DNA from: a virus
Taxonomy: Duplodnaviria; Heunggongvirae; Uroviricota; Caudoviricetes
Strand: one strand, 5' to 3'
IMG/VR virus record: IMGVR_UViG_3300037587_000312
Span: 32,552-96,551 of that record
Length of the DNA stretch: 64,000 nt
Made by a program: the position numbers and the translations under genes. Below, piece by piece: positions 37,087 to 45,479 of the stretch. The first letter of the stretch is position 1. The number at the start of each line of letters is the position of its first letter. A model generated the notes under the pieces. It had not been told where the DNA came from. It saw nothing but the letters and a program-made list of their open reading frames with translations, and made no database searches.

Positions 37087-37163
37087 GCGCCGGTGCCTCG
37101 AATGGATAAGGGCTGGGATTGCAAATCTCATGTTTGGCAGTTCAAGTCTGCCACGGTGCTCCA
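37087..37163 (+). tRNA. tRNA-Cys (anticodon GCA), CCA encoded
   Basis: Acceptor GCGCCGG/ACGGTGC (6 of 7 pairs), anticodon arm TGGGA-TTGCAAA-TCTCA (same loop as E. coli tRNA-Cys), T-arm GGCAG-TTCAAGT-CTGCC. Confidence 0.55.
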
Positions 37164-37192
37164 CTTTCTCTTGACTCTAAGTCTCCCTCCTG

Positions 37193-37213
37193 TAGACTAC
37201 TCACAACTTAATT
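37193..37213 (+). promoter_or_regulatory. conserved motif TAGACTACTCACAACTTAATT (copy 2); preceded by TTGACT at 17-nt spacing
   Basis: Same motif and same 39-nt spacing to ATG as at 26388. TTGACT-N16-TAGACT would make TAGACT a -10 element. Confidence 0.35.
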
Positions 37214-37231
37214 GATTAAAGGATCTTCATT

Positions 37232-37492
37232 ATGAATATAGAGTCAATTCTAGTAGTTGCCGCAGGTATTATTATTCTCGGTTATTTCATTGAAAGGGTA
37301 ATAGCCTATAAAAAGAAAGAGGACTATGAAAATGATCTATTCACCCTTGCCATTGATAGGAAAACCCCTATCCGAAATCTCCACTTCAATACGATGATCC
37401 GTCTTAAGAGCCTAGCCCTAAAAAAGCAGATTAAGTTTAGTGTTACTAGGCAATACGGAGTGATCCTTAAGGAAGAATCTCATGACTCATAA
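37232..37492 (+). CDS. hypothetical protein (N-terminal TM)
   Basis: ORF. Confidence 0.3.
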   Translation: MNIESILVVAAGIIILGYFIERVIAYKKKEDYENDLFTLAIDRKTPIRNLHFNTMIRLKSLALKKQIKFSVTRQYGVILKEESHDS

Positions 37493-37682
37493 GTGGATTC
37501 CTCATAGCTGGATCAGTGGGGACAAAGAGCCTCGTAAGGGTCAGTATCAGGTTTCATTTGAGAGGGATGATTTTTCTACTGAGACCATCAACCTCACTGA
37601 AGATAATTTAAAATTTGTGACAGAAGCACTTGACTCAGCTGGAATATACAATTACACTACTCATCAAGTCATTAGGACTTAA
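37482..37682 (+). CDS. hypothetical protein
   Basis: ORF. Confidence 0.3.
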   Translation: MTHKWIPHSWISGDKEPRKGQYQVSFERDDFSTETINLTEDNLKFVTEALDSAGIYNYTTHQVIRT

Positions 37683-37705
37683 AAGAAATTACAGAGGATA
37701 AAGTC

Positions 37706-37843
37706 ATGGCAAAATTTGAATCAGTAAACCCTGTAGTACGTAACCTGCAAAGTAAGCCTGTAGGTAATGCAGCTAAGAAAGCTGTTAAGGCTTATCGTAA
37801 CAACCGTCAGAATGCCCGTGGTCGTGGTTGGACTACTGTTTAA
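37706..37843 (+). CDS. small basic protein ending NRQNARGRGWTTV (45 aa)
   Basis: RBS gaggataaagtcATG. C-terminal motif shared with 48914..49000 and partly with 37910..38080. Confidence 0.35.
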   Translation: MAKFESVNPVVRNLQSKPVGNAAKKAVKAYRNNRQNARGRGWTTV

Positions 37844-37850
37844 ATAACCC

Positions 37851-37878
37851 TTGACACCAACAACACACGCTGTACAAT
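37851..37878 (+). promoter_or_regulatory. sigma70-like promoter TTGACA-N16-TACAAT
   Basis: Near-consensus hexamers upstream of 37910. Confidence 0.45.
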
Positions 37879-37909
37879 AGATTCAAATCAACCCAGAAAG
37901 GTAATCAAC

Positions 37910-38080
37910 ATGAAAATCTTCTTCCCAACTCGTCAAGAGATGCGTACCTTCACCAAGACTGCCCCTGCGTTCAAGAACTCAGCGGCGAAGGAAATTGGTA
38001 AGACTCGAGGTGGTCAATGGGCTGCTGTACGGAAGACCCACGAAGTTCAGGGTAAATTCAAATTCTCAGGAGCTAAATAA
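37910..38080 (+). CDS. small basic protein (56 aa) with TRGGQW motif
   Basis: RBS aaaggtaatcaacATG; ORF below table cutoff. Confidence 0.35.
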   Translation: MKIFFPTRQEMRTFTKTAPAFKNSAAKEIGKTRGGQWAAVRKTHEVQGKFKFSGAK

Positions 38081-38081
38081 T

Positions 38082-38306
38082 ATGTCCCTTATTCCAATTG
38101 AATCAGTTATCAAAGAGGCGAATATCAAGTTGCTTAAGATTCTACAAAAGAATCTACCCGAAACAACGTGGGAGGATATCATGGATGATGAAACTTTTGT
38201 GAGAGATGGTGAGTATGGTGGATATCTGGCGGGGTATCTATCAGCTCTTGATGCTTTTGTGGATGGCATGGACCTCTCCAAAGAAACCAATGGTTGGAAT
38301 ATTTAA
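38082..38306 (+). CDS. hypothetical acidic protein
   Basis: ATG 38082; the longer table ORF start 37995 overlaps the upstream gene. Confidence 0.3.
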   Translation: MSLIPIESVIKEANIKLLKILQKNLPETTWEDIMDDETFVRDGEYGGYLAGYLSALDAFVDGMDLSKETNGWNI

Positions 38307-38320
38307 ACAGGAGATAGATT

Positions 38321-38545
38321 ATGTTTGGAAGTTTTATGGATTCAGTAGTAAACACAGTAGATGATTTCGTAGATGACCCTATCGGAGTGTCGGTTAATAT
38401 TGCCACACAGCCCCTTAGGGATGCCCTAGAGGTAGTTGATGGACTAACCGAAGGGGAACTGCGGCATAAGGCTGCTATCCGACTAGGTACTGATGTCGCT
38501 GGTGGTATGGCATTGAGCGAACTGCTTGATTGGTACGCTGATTAA
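38321..38545 (+). CDS. hypothetical protein
   Basis: RBS aggag. Confidence 0.3.
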   Translation: MFGSFMDSVVNTVDDFVDDPIGVSVNIATQPLRDALEVVDGLTEGELRHKAAIRLGTDVAGGMALSELLDWYAD

Positions 38546-38548
38546 AAT

Positions 38549-38583
38549 AAAGGGGCTTGCTATTGCAAAGCCCCTTTTTCTTT
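38549..38583 (+). terminator. strong rho-independent terminator
   Basis: aaaggggcttgc-tatt-gcaaagcccctt followed by TTTTCTTT. Confidence 0.6.
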
Positions 38584-38623
38584 GGTAAAGTATAATCTCA
38601 GTCAACGGAACAGGTATAAAAAT

Positions 38624-39127
38624 ATGATTTCTATCATCAAAATCCAGCACGAATACAATCTGGTTTGCCACGACTTGAAAGAAAAATTCCCCCACTATGC
38701 CAAAACTATCCGTGCTGTTTATCTAAGTACAAATGGAAGTAAGAAAACTGTTTTCGGGACATACAACAGAATTCATCATAAAGTAACCATTTATCCCCAT
38801 ATGTATGTATCTGATGACATAGTTAAACTGAGAGATACTATCCGCCATGAATTGGCACATGCTGTAAATCATAAGCAACTGGGTGGTAGAGGACATGATA
38901 GATCTTGGAAGAGTGTAGCTCGTCAATTTGGTGCTGACCCTCGTGCAACCCATAAAGTTAGTAGGGCGGTTTATGATAGTATTGATTATAAGTATCGACT
39001 CATGTTCGGTGATGAATTTATCAGAGGGTATCATCGCAGACCTAAGTGGGCAGGAAGGGTTAAGTCTATCCGCCTACCAACTCGTCCAGAAACTGACGGC
39101 AAACTTATTCTGGTACAAATGCGATAA
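38624..39127 (+). CDS. SprT-like zinc metalloprotease domain protein
   Basis: RDTIRHELAHAV (HExxH) followed by GGRGHDRSW, typical of SprT/Mig-14-like domains. Start chosen at Met MISIIKIQ. Confidence 0.45.
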   Translation: MISIIKIQHEYNLVCHDLKEKFPHYAKTIRAVYLSTNGSKKTVFGTYNRIHHKVTIYPHMYVSDDIVKLRDTIRHELAHAVNHKQLGGRGHDRSWKSVARQFGADPRATHKVSRAVYDSIDYKYRLMFGDEFIRGYHRRPKWAGRVKSIRLPTRPETDGKLILVQMR

Positions 39128-39186
39128 AGTCTTGACACAGGGTTATTGTCATGGGATGATGACCCTACCTTAATAACAGGAGATAT

Positions 39187-39519
39187 GTGATGGCTGAAGA
39201 ATTTAAGTTTGGGTGTATATCTTTCGTAATAGGCGCTTGCTTGGCTGGCTTCATTGGATATAATATCAGTAAGGATTCTATCCAAATGAAAATTGATCAC
39301 GAAGCAGCTATTAAAACCTGTGAAGCAACCCTCCCTCGTAATCGTCATTGCGATGCAGTCTGGACAGCCTCTGTAAGGCCACTGAAGGTCACTTTGACTG
39401 GTCGGGGTACTAACGGTAAGGATATCGTAATTGAGCAGGAACTGGACGCTAAGGGGAAGCCTGTAAAGGCATCTAAGAAGGTTTCTAAGAAGAAGTCTAA
39501 GAAGAAGGGGAAATCATAA
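39187..39519 (+). CDS. membrane protein with Lys-rich C-terminus
   Basis: ORF with an N-terminal TM helix. Confidence 0.3.
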   Translation: MMAEEFKFGCISFVIGACLAGFIGYNISKDSIQMKIDHEAAIKTCEATLPRNRHCDAVWTASVRPLKVTLTGRGTNGKDIVIEQELDAKGKPVKASKKVSKKKSKKKGKS

Positions 39520-39860
39520 TGAATAAGACTATCCAATTGTTCATTCGAGCTTGTAAGGCAAAGGATGCAGATAAGCGTTTGCGTAGTGTATATCGACGCT
39601 TCTATTACTCAACTGATTGTAAGAAAACGCAGGATGCTGCCCTTGTCCATATCCTGAGTAAGATTTGTGAGGACCATGCACCTATTAGGTTGACTATTCT
39701 TATGGATCGGTTGAACCCTGAAAACCATTGGCAATATGGGATTACCTCAGATGAAGGGTTCAACTCCGCTGCCATAAAAATTCTGACTTCTCATCTCAGG
39801 TTCCTTAAGAAGGATGACCTAAAAGGGTTGACTTCTCCAAGGAGGTTCCGAGATGACTGA
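39519..39860 (+). CDS. hypothetical protein
   Basis: ORF. Confidence 0.3.
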   Translation: MNKTIQLFIRACKAKDADKRLRSVYRRFYYSTDCKKTQDAALVHILSKICEDHAPIRLTILMDRLNPENHWQYGITSDEGFNSAAIKILTSHLRFLKKDDLKGLTSPRRFRDD

Positions 39861-40059
39861 TAGGCCATATCCACCGGCACCTCCCGAGCCGCCACCCAAC
39901 AGGAAAATGTGCGGGTTCTGTGGGCATACAGATACAGCGGATAAATATAAGCATTTCTGTAAGTCTGGATTTGCACTGATGATAGGGCTTGCATCTTTAC
40001 CTGCTATATTGATTGCACTCTTCGGGGTAAAACTTTTACAGATGGGAGGTTTACTATGA
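39853..40059 (+). CDS. small proline-rich membrane protein with CxxC
   Basis: ORF. Confidence 0.3.
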   Translation: MTDRPYPPAPPEPPPNRKMCGFCGHTDTADKYKHFCKSGFALMIGLASLPAILIALFGVKLLQMGGLL

Positions 40060-40253
40060 CTACACTCCTTACTATACATATCTGCACTTGTGATAAGTCG
40101 GGTCGAACTGAGACTCATATTCTTGGTCTATTTGACAACCAACAGAAGATTGATCAAGTGACAGATGCTGCTAAGAAAAGGTATGAGCGATACCAGCATG
40201 CTATTGTCAAACGCGTATTGGATACTAATTCTCCTGTGGACATTAAGGTCTAA
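40056..40253 (+). CDS. hypothetical small protein
   Basis: ORF. Confidence 0.25.
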   Translation: MTTLLTIHICTCDKSGRTETHILGLFDNQQKIDQVTDAAKKRYERYQHAIVKRVLDTNSPVDIKV

Positions 40254-40279
40254 AAGGGGTTGACACCACCTATTTGAAC
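40251..40279 (+). promoter_or_regulatory. sigma70-like promoter TTGACA-N17-TAAACT
   Basis: Upstream of monocistronic gene 40324..40647, which is followed by a terminator. Confidence 0.45.
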
Positions 40280-40323
40280 CTGTAAACTAGTCTTATCAAA
40301 TCAATAAACAAAGGTAATAAACC

Positions 40324-40647
40324 ATGACTACTCCAAACACTGTTCTGACTGCTGAAGCTCAATCTGCCAAAGAAGCTATTGAGTTTGCTGGCTCCAAAGG
40401 CAAGATCTTCACTGTCACCTTCAAGAAGAAAGATGGTTCTGTTCGTGAGATGAATGCCCGACTGCATGTGGCTAAGTACACCTCAGGTGGTACTCGCTCC
40501 ACCGCAGGTAACCCGAACATCATGGGTCTGTATGATATGAAGCTCCGCAAAGAGTTGACTGAGGCAGAAGGCAAACGGGCTTACCGTTCACTGGACCTTA
40601 ACCGAGTTATCTCTGTTAACGGTCGTGGCTTTCGACTGACCAAGTAA
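40324..40647 (+). CDS. hypothetical protein, likely abundantly expressed (own promoter and terminator)
   Basis: RBS aaggtaataaaccATG; flanked by promoter and terminator. Confidence 0.4.
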   Translation: MTTPNTVLTAEAQSAKEAIEFAGSKGKIFTVTFKKKDGSVREMNARLHVAKYTSGGTRSTAGNPNIMGLYDMKLRKELTEAEGKRAYRSLDLNRVISVNGRGFRLTK

Positions 40648-40657
40648 ATCGAATCTA

Positions 40658-40690
40658 AGGGACTGCCAAATTTGGTAGTCCCTTTTTATT
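40658..40690 (+). terminator. rho-independent terminator
   Basis: agggactgccaaa/tttggtagtccct palindrome followed by TTTTATT. Confidence 0.5.
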
Positions 40691-40934
40691 GGGAGAAAAT
40701 TATGTACGGCTTTGAGAGTATGATCGATATGGGTTTGGATCTTGGTGGTGAATGGACAACACCGGATCATCGAATTGTCGCAGTCAATGCATGTATCTGC
40801 AATCCAAATGTTGCATGTATGGATGATCTGATGAAGAATGTAGAGATCATTAATAATATCCCTACAGAGGATATCCGCACGATTACTCTTGAAGGATTGC
40901 TCACTCTCGGTTGTTATTTATAAAGGAGAAAACT

Positions 40935-41111
40935 ATGATTATTTTGTGGACAGTTGTTGGTGTTATTCTTGGCTGGATGTCCGTTGAGGTGTTGACTTCA
41001 ATGACCAAAATGTTTTTCTCATCATTAATCAACATTGGAATGGCCTTTGTTGGTGGTGTGATTGCCTATACTTGGGTATCGGGGGGACTCAATGCCTGTA
41101 TGCAGCGTTGA
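40935..41111 (+). CDS. small 2-TM membrane protein
   Basis: RBS aaaggagaaaactATG; overlaps the channel gene start region. Confidence 0.3.
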   Translation: MIILWTVVGVILGWMSVEVLTSMTKMFFSSLINIGMAFVGGVIAYTWVSGGLNACMQR

Positions 41112-41514
41112 TGAATACGGTGTAAAGAACTACAGTATCACTAGTCTGATGGCTCTCGGTGTAGGGTTAATCATTGCAGCTATCTTTGGATTTGCTTGGG
41201 TCTTCCTACAACTGGAAGCAGGGCATCCTGATGCTAACGTGACCACTTATAGTGATGCTGTGTGGCTAATGGCGATGGCATCAAGCACAATTGGCTTTGG
41301 TGACTTCTACCCTGTCAGCTTAGGTGGTCGATTCATTACCTTTATCATGTTTATCCTAGGTATTGGATTAATGGGCTTTGTTGGTGGACTTGTCGCATCG
41401 AAGTTGTTAGGATGGTCCGATACAAATGTAAAGAACCGTGAATTGCGTAGTCAAAATGCAGAGATCCTTGAAATGCTAAAGGATCTTAATAGACGAGCTG
41501 ATACCAACAGCTAG
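41092..41514 (+). CDS. minimal 2-TM potassium channel (Kcv/KcsA-type pore)
   Basis: TM1, pore helix and selectivity filter TIGFGD, then TM2. Start uncertain (TTG 41062, ATG 41092 after gggggg, or ATG 41149). Confidence 0.6.
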   Translation: MPVCSVDEYGVKNYSITSLMALGVGLIIAAIFGFAWVFLQLEAGHPDANVTTYSDAVWLMAMASSTIGFGDFYPVSLGGRFITFIMFILGIGLMGFVGGLVASKLLGWSDTNVKNRELRSQNAEILEMLKDLNRRADTNS

Positions 41515-41588
41515 TAGTGTTGTTCCTCTATGACGGGAAGTAAGGTGGTACTTACAAGGAACTAGGTAGATGATCCTATAATCATCTC

Positions 41589-41617
41589 TTGACAGGGCAA
41601 GAAAGGTTGGATAGGAT
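41589..41617 (+). promoter_or_regulatory. sigma70-like promoter TTGACA-N17-TAGGAT (with upstream TATAAT at 41577)
   Basis: Lies in the 175-nt gap before 41691. Confidence 0.35.
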
Positions 41618-41690
41618 GGAGTTCGATTAAGCAGTCGGGCGAGGAAGTCTCCCAACCACCCTCCGAATTTATATCTTAAGAGGTAGTAGA

Positions 41691-41927
41691 ATGGCTAAGC
41701 AGTATAAGAAAAAAACACCAAAGACCACTCCATTCTCCCACTTGGGGGTCATTATTAACTGGTCTGGTGTTAGGGTCTGTAAAGCTGAATATAAAGGCTT
41801 GGAATTAGAAATTAGAGGTAATGGAATGTACTCACGATCATTATATATTGATGGACGCAAAGCGCATTCTAGTGATACAATTGATTCATTGAAGCGGTAT
41901 GCCGCTGAATACTTAAAGGGAGGTTAG
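41691..41927 (+). CDS. hypothetical basic protein
   Basis: ORF. Confidence 0.3.
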   Translation: MAKQYKKKTPKTTPFSHLGVIINWSGVRVCKAEYKGLELEIRGNGMYSRSLYIDGRKAHSSDTIDSLKRYAAEYLKGG

Positions 41928-41930
41928 TGT

Positions 41931-42299
41931 ATGTTATTTTTAAGAGTTTTATTGACAAATTGTGTACTGTGGGGGTTATTTTATCTCTCAGAATTTAAAG
42001 ACATAAGTGGTGTTGGTGGTCTACTTACCATCTTCATCACAATAATGGCTATTTGTATCCTTATTGGTGGTTGTGTTATAGTATATACCGATAAGTGGGA
42101 TAGTAAGGATATTGAAAAGGCGTTGGAAACACCCATAAGATCAGCGATAGTTCAGACCCTCGGCATGACCTCTTCCTTTTCAATGGTTTATCTTATGCTA
42201 AGTCATGGTTGGGGTTATACAGGGGTTGTGTTACTCTTACAGATGATAATGGTATGTACTCTTCTAACCAAATTCTATAAACAGGTATTTAATAAATAA
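41931..42299 (+). CDS. multi-pass membrane protein
   Basis: Three to four hydrophobic segments. Confidence 0.35.
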   Translation: MLFLRVLLTNCVLWGLFYLSEFKDISGVGGLLTIFITIMAICILIGGCVIVYTDKWDSKDIEKALETPIRSAIVQTLGMTSSFSMVYLMLSHGWGYTGVVLLLQMIMVCTLLTKFYKQVFNK

Positions 42300-42309
42300 G
42301 GAGATAACA

Positions 42310-42582
42310 ATGAACACAGTTTCTAAGGTAGAAGAGGCAATGAAGACTCTGATTGATTGCACCAACGTAATGGGATCTGATAAGGCGGTTGCTGAAGGGA
42401 TGGTACTTGGTCTGCTTCATTGCCACCCAACCCTAGTCCAGAGCTTCTTCAGAGCACTGAGAACCTCTTGTCAGGATATCAACGACAATACCCCTTACTG
42501 GCTCGAGGATGGACGACTGCAAGGCTCTGATAAGCTTGTGAAGGCTATTGCAGAATTCGATCAAGCTATTCCGTTTATCTAA
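42310..42582 (+). CDS. hypothetical protein
   Basis: RBS aaggagataacaATG. Confidence 0.3.
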   Translation: MNTVSKVEEAMKTLIDCTNVMGSDKAVAEGMVLGLLHCHPTLVQSFFRALRTSCQDINDNTPYWLEDGRLQGSDKLVKAIAEFDQAIPFI

Positions 42583-42592
42583 GGAGGCCTAT

Positions 42593-42805
42593 ATGGGTAA
42601 ATTACTAGATGTAAATGAGGCGCAAGCCAACTTCATATCAATCCTCTTGTATGGATTATCCATCTATCTGTTGTGGGGTGCCGATTGGTCATATATTCTC
42701 GGGGCTGTGTTAGTGTTACCAGCTGCAATATTCGCTACAAGGTCTAACCAATTGAAAAGGGAGAAACAGAATGGGTCACAAACGCAGACAGAAACGGGAT
42801 CGTAA
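42593..42805 (+). CDS. small membrane protein
   Basis: ATG 42593 after aaggagg. Confidence 0.3.
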   Translation: MGKLLDVNEAQANFISILLYGLSIYLLWGADWSYILGAVLVLPAAIFATRSNQLKREKQNGSQTQTETGS

Positions 42806-42930
42806 GCTCCGTCAGAAGGTAGAGTTGTCTGTTCGTAAGCAGACACCTTCACATGGTCGTAGTCAGCTCCACAAGGACAAAAAGAAGGCGTCTAAGGGTG
42901 GCTATCAGAAGCACAAGGGAGAAGTATAAT
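42772..42930 (+). CDS. very basic small protein (52 aa, Arg/Lys-rich)
   Basis: ORF below table cutoff. RBS gggagaaacagaATG. Confidence 0.25.
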
Positions 42931-43159
42931 GGAAGCTATACTAATTGCTCATTTCTTTTACCAATCTGCATTCACGAAGATAGCATATCAGTCTTTTGAT
43001 GTGGAATACTTCCCTACGATTGAACTGTGTGAAGAGGCTAAGACCTTGGTTCTACAGGAGATTGTAGGTCCACGGTTTGATATCAAGAAGGTTTCTTGTA
43101 AAAAGATCGGTAAAGGGTTGACTCAGACACCCATGGGGAATAAGATAGCTACATCTTAA
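42929..43159 (+). CDS. hypothetical protein
   Basis: ORF. Confidence 0.3.
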   Translation: MEAILIAHFFYQSAFTKIAYQSFDVEYFPTIELCEEAKTLVLQEIVGPRFDIKKVSCKKIGKGLTQTPMGNKIATS

Positions 43160-43180
43160 ACAGAACAGGGGATTTCACCA

Positions 43181-43350
43181 TGGTTAAAGTATCCAAGGCA
43201 GCTTTCGATCAGTTGAAGGAAGACTTCAAATTAACCCCTAAGTACAGCCGTGTGCGTAAGTGGGAACAAGAAACACTCCCTCTGTGCAAGGAACAGGGAT
43301 TCCGGTTCTCTCCTGCTCAGATCCGTTCTATTGAAAACTTAGTCTACTAA
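43181..43350 (+). CDS. hypothetical small protein (56 aa)
   Basis: ORF below cutoff. RBS caggggatttcaccATG. Confidence 0.25.
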
Positions 43351-43365
43351 TACAGGGATAAATTT

Positions 43366-43758
43366 ATGAAAGAGCTACTCAATGTTCTGTTGGCACTAGT
43401 ACCGGGGAAAGAGTATAAGAATAAGGTTGGCTTCCTTATCGGACTCTTAATTGGAGCTGTGATCTTCTTTGGTGTCAGGTCTCTTGGTCACCCCGTATTT
43501 CTCGATGAACCTTCAAAAGTTTACCTCCTTAATTGCCCTGATGATCAAGATGAAGAACTAGTGGGTTTGGGTTATCACATGATCCCTTGGGAGTGTAGTG
43601 TCATAACTTACTCAAAGGACCGCACCTATGATACCAATGTTGGAACTACCTACCCGTATCCACTCTCACCGGAAAAATGCGAGCTGGTATCTATTGAGGG
43701 GACTACTGCTAGAGAAATTTGTGGTGAGAGTATTGACACCCCCTATAATATTCGATAA
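43366..43758 (+). CDS. membrane-anchored protein
   Basis: N-terminal TM helix. Confidence 0.3.
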   Translation: MKELLNVLLALVPGKEYKNKVGFLIGLLIGAVIFFGVRSLGHPVFLDEPSKVYLLNCPDDQDEELVGLGYHMIPWECSVITYSKDRTYDTNVGTTYPYPLSPEKCELVSIEGTTAREICGESIDTPYNIR

Positions 43759-43794
43759 GATAGATCCATCTTAATCAATACAGGGATTCACATC

Positions 43795-44607
43795 ATGATC
43801 ATTTCATCCACTCCGATGTACTCTTTCATCTCCACTGGTGAGAAGACCGCTATGTACACTTTGAAGACCATGAGCAAGGTGGTTGGTGTTAACCCTTTCG
43901 GAGTTCGTGAGTATTACAACGATTCCTTCTATATCCAAAACCTGTCTACTGACAAGCAAACTGCAGTTGATAAGGCTAACAGCCTCTCCGCTGCCATGGG
44001 TATCCCTTTCCGTGACAATGCAGACTTCGATCTGAATGAGATCAAGCGCCGTAAGGCTGGTGAAGTTAAAGCTGAGCAAGAGGCTCGTGAAAAGGCTCAC
44101 CGTGAGTATGAAGCCAAAATGGCAGATGAGTTCCAATCAGAGGTTGATACAGGTTTCATGGTCTGTGGCAAGCACATGGGTAAGACTGCTCAAGAAACTG
44201 TTGATGCCGGTGATATCGATTATGTATTGTATTGTGCTTCTCAGTTCGTTGTAGATTCAATCAATATGGGTGCATGGCGCATCAACTGTGCTATCTGCTC
44301 TCAGTGGCTCTCAGAGAACCCACAGCCAGTGTCTGATTACGTTGGTGTGGTTGGCAGTGTATTGGAAGAAAAGGTCACTGTGAAGCGTGTGAGTGTCTGT
44401 AATGGACGTTTCTACACTGTAATGTTCCTTTGTGTCACTGCCGAAGGCAATCTAATCAAATTCTTCACTACTGCTAAGGCTTTTAATGATACCGAACGTG
44501 GTGATGTGTTCACTGTCAAGGGTAATGTCAAGGAGCATGCCAAAGATCACTATGTTGATGGTAGCCCAAAGGTTACTATGATCAATCGTCCAAAAATGGT
44601 GAAATAA
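43795..44607 (+). CDS. hypothetical protein
   Basis: 270-aa ORF; start uncertain. Confidence 0.35.
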   Translation: MIISSTPMYSFISTGEKTAMYTLKTMSKVVGVNPFGVREYYNDSFYIQNLSTDKQTAVDKANSLSAAMGIPFRDNADFDLNEIKRRKAGEVKAEQEAREKAHREYEAKMADEFQSEVDTGFMVCGKHMGKTAQETVDAGDIDYVLYCASQFVVDSINMGAWRINCAICSQWLSENPQPVSDYVGVVGSVLEEKVTVKRVSVCNGRFYTVMFLCVTAEGNLIKFFTTAKAFNDTERGDVFTVKGNVKEHAKDHYVDGSPKVTMINRPKMVK

Positions 44608-44673
44608 AGGGTTGACTCCAAGGGGGGCTGTCTATTAAGATGGTTCCAACTTCACTGATAAAGGTACTCCCAT

Positions 44674-45045
44674 ATGAAAACCAAGAACTGTAAAGTCCGA
44701 GTCAAAGATATCAAACAGGGTGTAACAGTGTATCGTGCCAATTTCTACGGTACTGAGAAAATCTTTATCACTGGTCGCCCTCACCTGAATAAATCCACGA
44801 ATAGTTTGTTCGTGGATGGGAAAAATGAAGACGGAAGGAAAATCTGGTTCAGCCTGAATGATGCAGGTATCACTGCTGGTGAGAGTGTTAATGATAAGCG
44901 CACATTCTTTAAGCGGAAACATGCCGATGGGTATATCCGTAAGATGTCTACAGATAAACGGGTAGCTGCTCGTCGTGAGGATCATGATCGTCGTTGTAGG
45001 GAGCATGATGAGTGGCAGTTTGAGATGGATGGGTATAAATTATGA
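44674..45045 (+). CDS. hypothetical basic protein
   Basis: ORF preceded by a TTGACT promoter-like site at 44611. Confidence 0.3.
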   Translation: MKTKNCKVRVKDIKQGVTVYRANFYGTEKIFITGRPHLNKSTNSLFVDGKNEDGRKIWFSLNDAGITAGESVNDKRTFFKRKHADGYIRKMSTDKRVAARREDHDRRCREHDEWQFEMDGYKL

Positions 45046-45257
45046 ACACATTTAAAACTGGTGATAAGGTTGTCATTGAACGCACTGAAGGTGCTTTTGA
45101 TTACAACAAAGGAAAGACAGGGGTGGTAGTTGGTCTTGATCTCAGTTCGGATCTCGATGTGCATGTTGAACTGGATGAACCCCATCCTGATGATGCACAT
45201 GACTGGGTATTCAGCTCAGATCTTGAGTTGATTGTGGAGATGGAACCTAAACCATGA
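45042..45257 (+). CDS. hypothetical protein (KOW/SH3-like FKTGDKV N-terminus)
   Basis: ORF. Confidence 0.3.
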   Translation: MNTFKTGDKVVIERTEGAFDYNKGKTGVVVGLDLSSDLDVHVELDEPHPDDAHDWVFSSDLELIVEMEPKP

Positions 45258-45475
45258 AAATGACCCCTTGGATACGCATTATGCTTACAGCTGAGAGTAA
45301 GGTCAGTCATGTTGATGGTAGAGTATATACTGCCTACCTGACCCCTATGGAGATTATTACACTCCGGTGCCACTCAGATTACCTTTTCAAGGGGCGGGAT
45401 TGGTCACTGGCTACAGAGGATAAGGCTAACGGCATCTGTAATAGCCGTTGGATTACATTCACAAAGAGAGGATAG
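45254..45475 (+). CDS. hypothetical protein
   Basis: ORF. Confidence 0.25.
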   Translation: MKMTPWIRIMLTAESKVSHVDGRVYTAYLTPMEIITLRCHSDYLFKGRDWSLATEDKANGICNSRWITFTKRG

Positions 45476-45479
45476 AACC

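Noticed and set aside
41515-41690. tRNA-like fragment (ggagttcgattaagc) in the gap before 41691
   Set aside because: Only a T-loop-like pentamer is present. No acceptor or anticodon stems could be built.
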